Positions 63,685 to 64,000 of a stretch of DNA of 64,000 nucleotides are shown here, one piece after another. The notes beneath the pieces were generated by a model, which saw only the letters and a list, made by a program, of their open reading frames with translations, searched no databases and was not told the origin of the DNA. A program made the position numbers and the translations under genes. The number at the start of each line of letters is the position of its first letter. Positions within the stretch are counted from its first letter, which is position 1. The stretch is from Dehalococcoidia bacterium (GTDB lineage: Bacteria; Chloroflexota; Dehalococcoidia; Lucifugimonadales; UBA2985), in the NCBI GenBank assembly GCA_034423135.1, contig DAOUJC010000008.1, positions 182,611 to 246,610 of the forward strand, written 5' to 3'.

Positions 63685-64000
63685 TTATTCGGCTGCAACG
63701 CCCCCTGTGTCATCTGGCCACATCTGTTGCAGCGCGTCCGGCGGAATCACGCCCTCCCGCACTATGCGGAGTGAGTCGCCGGTCATGTCCACGATGGTGG
63801 AGGCTCCACTGAGCGGGCACGGCCCGCAGTCCACCACAAGGTCCACCCTGCCGGACATCTGACGCAGCACTTCCTCGGCTGTGACCGGATCGGCTTCGCC
63901 GGAGCGGTTGGCGCTTGTGCCTGTCAGCGGCGCGCCTACGGCCCTGATCAGATCCCGAGCTATGTTGTGATTGGGCACTCGCACAGCCAGGGTGTCGCCG
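63685..64000 (-). CDS. tsaC: L-threonylcarbamoyladenylate synthase (TsaC/Sua5/YrdC family), C-terminal part; the gene continues beyond the window
   Basis: PLTGTSANRSGE and STIVDMTG motifs. The frame is open to the window edge. Confidence 0.8.
   Translation of the reverse strand, partial: GDTLAVRVPNHNIARDLIRAVGAPLTGTSANRSGEADPVTAEEVLRQMSGRVDLVVDCGPCPLSGASTIVDMTGDSLRIVREGVIPPDALQQMWPDDTGGVAAE

Noticed and set aside
1-64000. Scan for CRISPR arrays, rRNA/tRNA genes, IS elements, integrases and prophage genes.
   Set aside because: I saw no spaced direct-repeat arrays, no tRNA-like T-arm/acceptor patterns in any spacer longer than 70 nt, and no transposase- or integrase-like ORFs. Intergenic regions are all under 300 nt. 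This by-eye negative is not equivalent to tRNAscan or Infernal searches.

Overview
High-GC bacterial chromosomal segment. The gene content (alternative complex III, archaeal-type ApgM, DapL route to lysine, NurA/HerA, SelB) suggests a Chloroflexota-like lineage, but that is inference only. It is almost fully coding, and overlapping start/stop codons are common.

Gene order:
- 149-8138 (+): an alternative complex III (ACIII) locus, actA-B1-B2-C-F-D-E.
- 8267-9067 (+): a lower-GC single-HKD PLD nuclease with a zinc ribbon.
- 9246-15793 (+): MFS transporter, rplS, priA, def, cca.
- 15881-16464 (+): a higBA toxin-antitoxin pair with a perfect 24-bp operator palindrome.
- 16484-18668 (-): natAB-like ABC exporter.
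- 18938-24501 (+): nrdR-nrdJ with tandem NrdR boxes, then pdxA, proC, yggT.
- 24553-27305 (+): two lower-GC membrane-anchored unknowns.
- 27372-33478 (+): a his operon, hisZ-hisG(long form)-unknown metallohydrolase-hisD-hisC-hisB.
- 47242 down to 33487 (-): a long chain, ychF-hemW-selB-nurA-X-herA-tfoX-like-purD-purE-lipoprotein-purB-purC-DUF3105-purS.
- 47272-53474: Ser/Thr kinase with a PQQ propeller, holA, and a small accessory patch. The patch holds a coiled-coil unknown preceded by a 7-copy TGCCTTA heptamer array, an orphan dppD-like ATPase and a 113-aa unknown.
- 63648 down to 53508 (-): polyprenyl-synthase-like, pgk, apgM, tpiA, PUA-like/PD-(D/E)xK nuclease, miaA, a 46-aa small ORF, dapF, PHA-like protein, dapL, hflX.
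- 63685-64000 (-): partial tsaC/sua5 at the window edge.

I saw no rRNA, tRNA, CRISPR array, transposase or integrase.

Best candidates for something new:
- The translationally coupled nurA / barrel-only protein / herA tricistron.
- The modification-reader-like nuclease wedged between tpiA and miaA.
- The metallohydrolase embedded in the his operon, a candidate for the missing histidinol-phosphate phosphatase.
- The PLD plus zinc-ribbon nuclease.
- The heptamer operator array.

All homology calls are by-eye motif recognition. No database search was possible.
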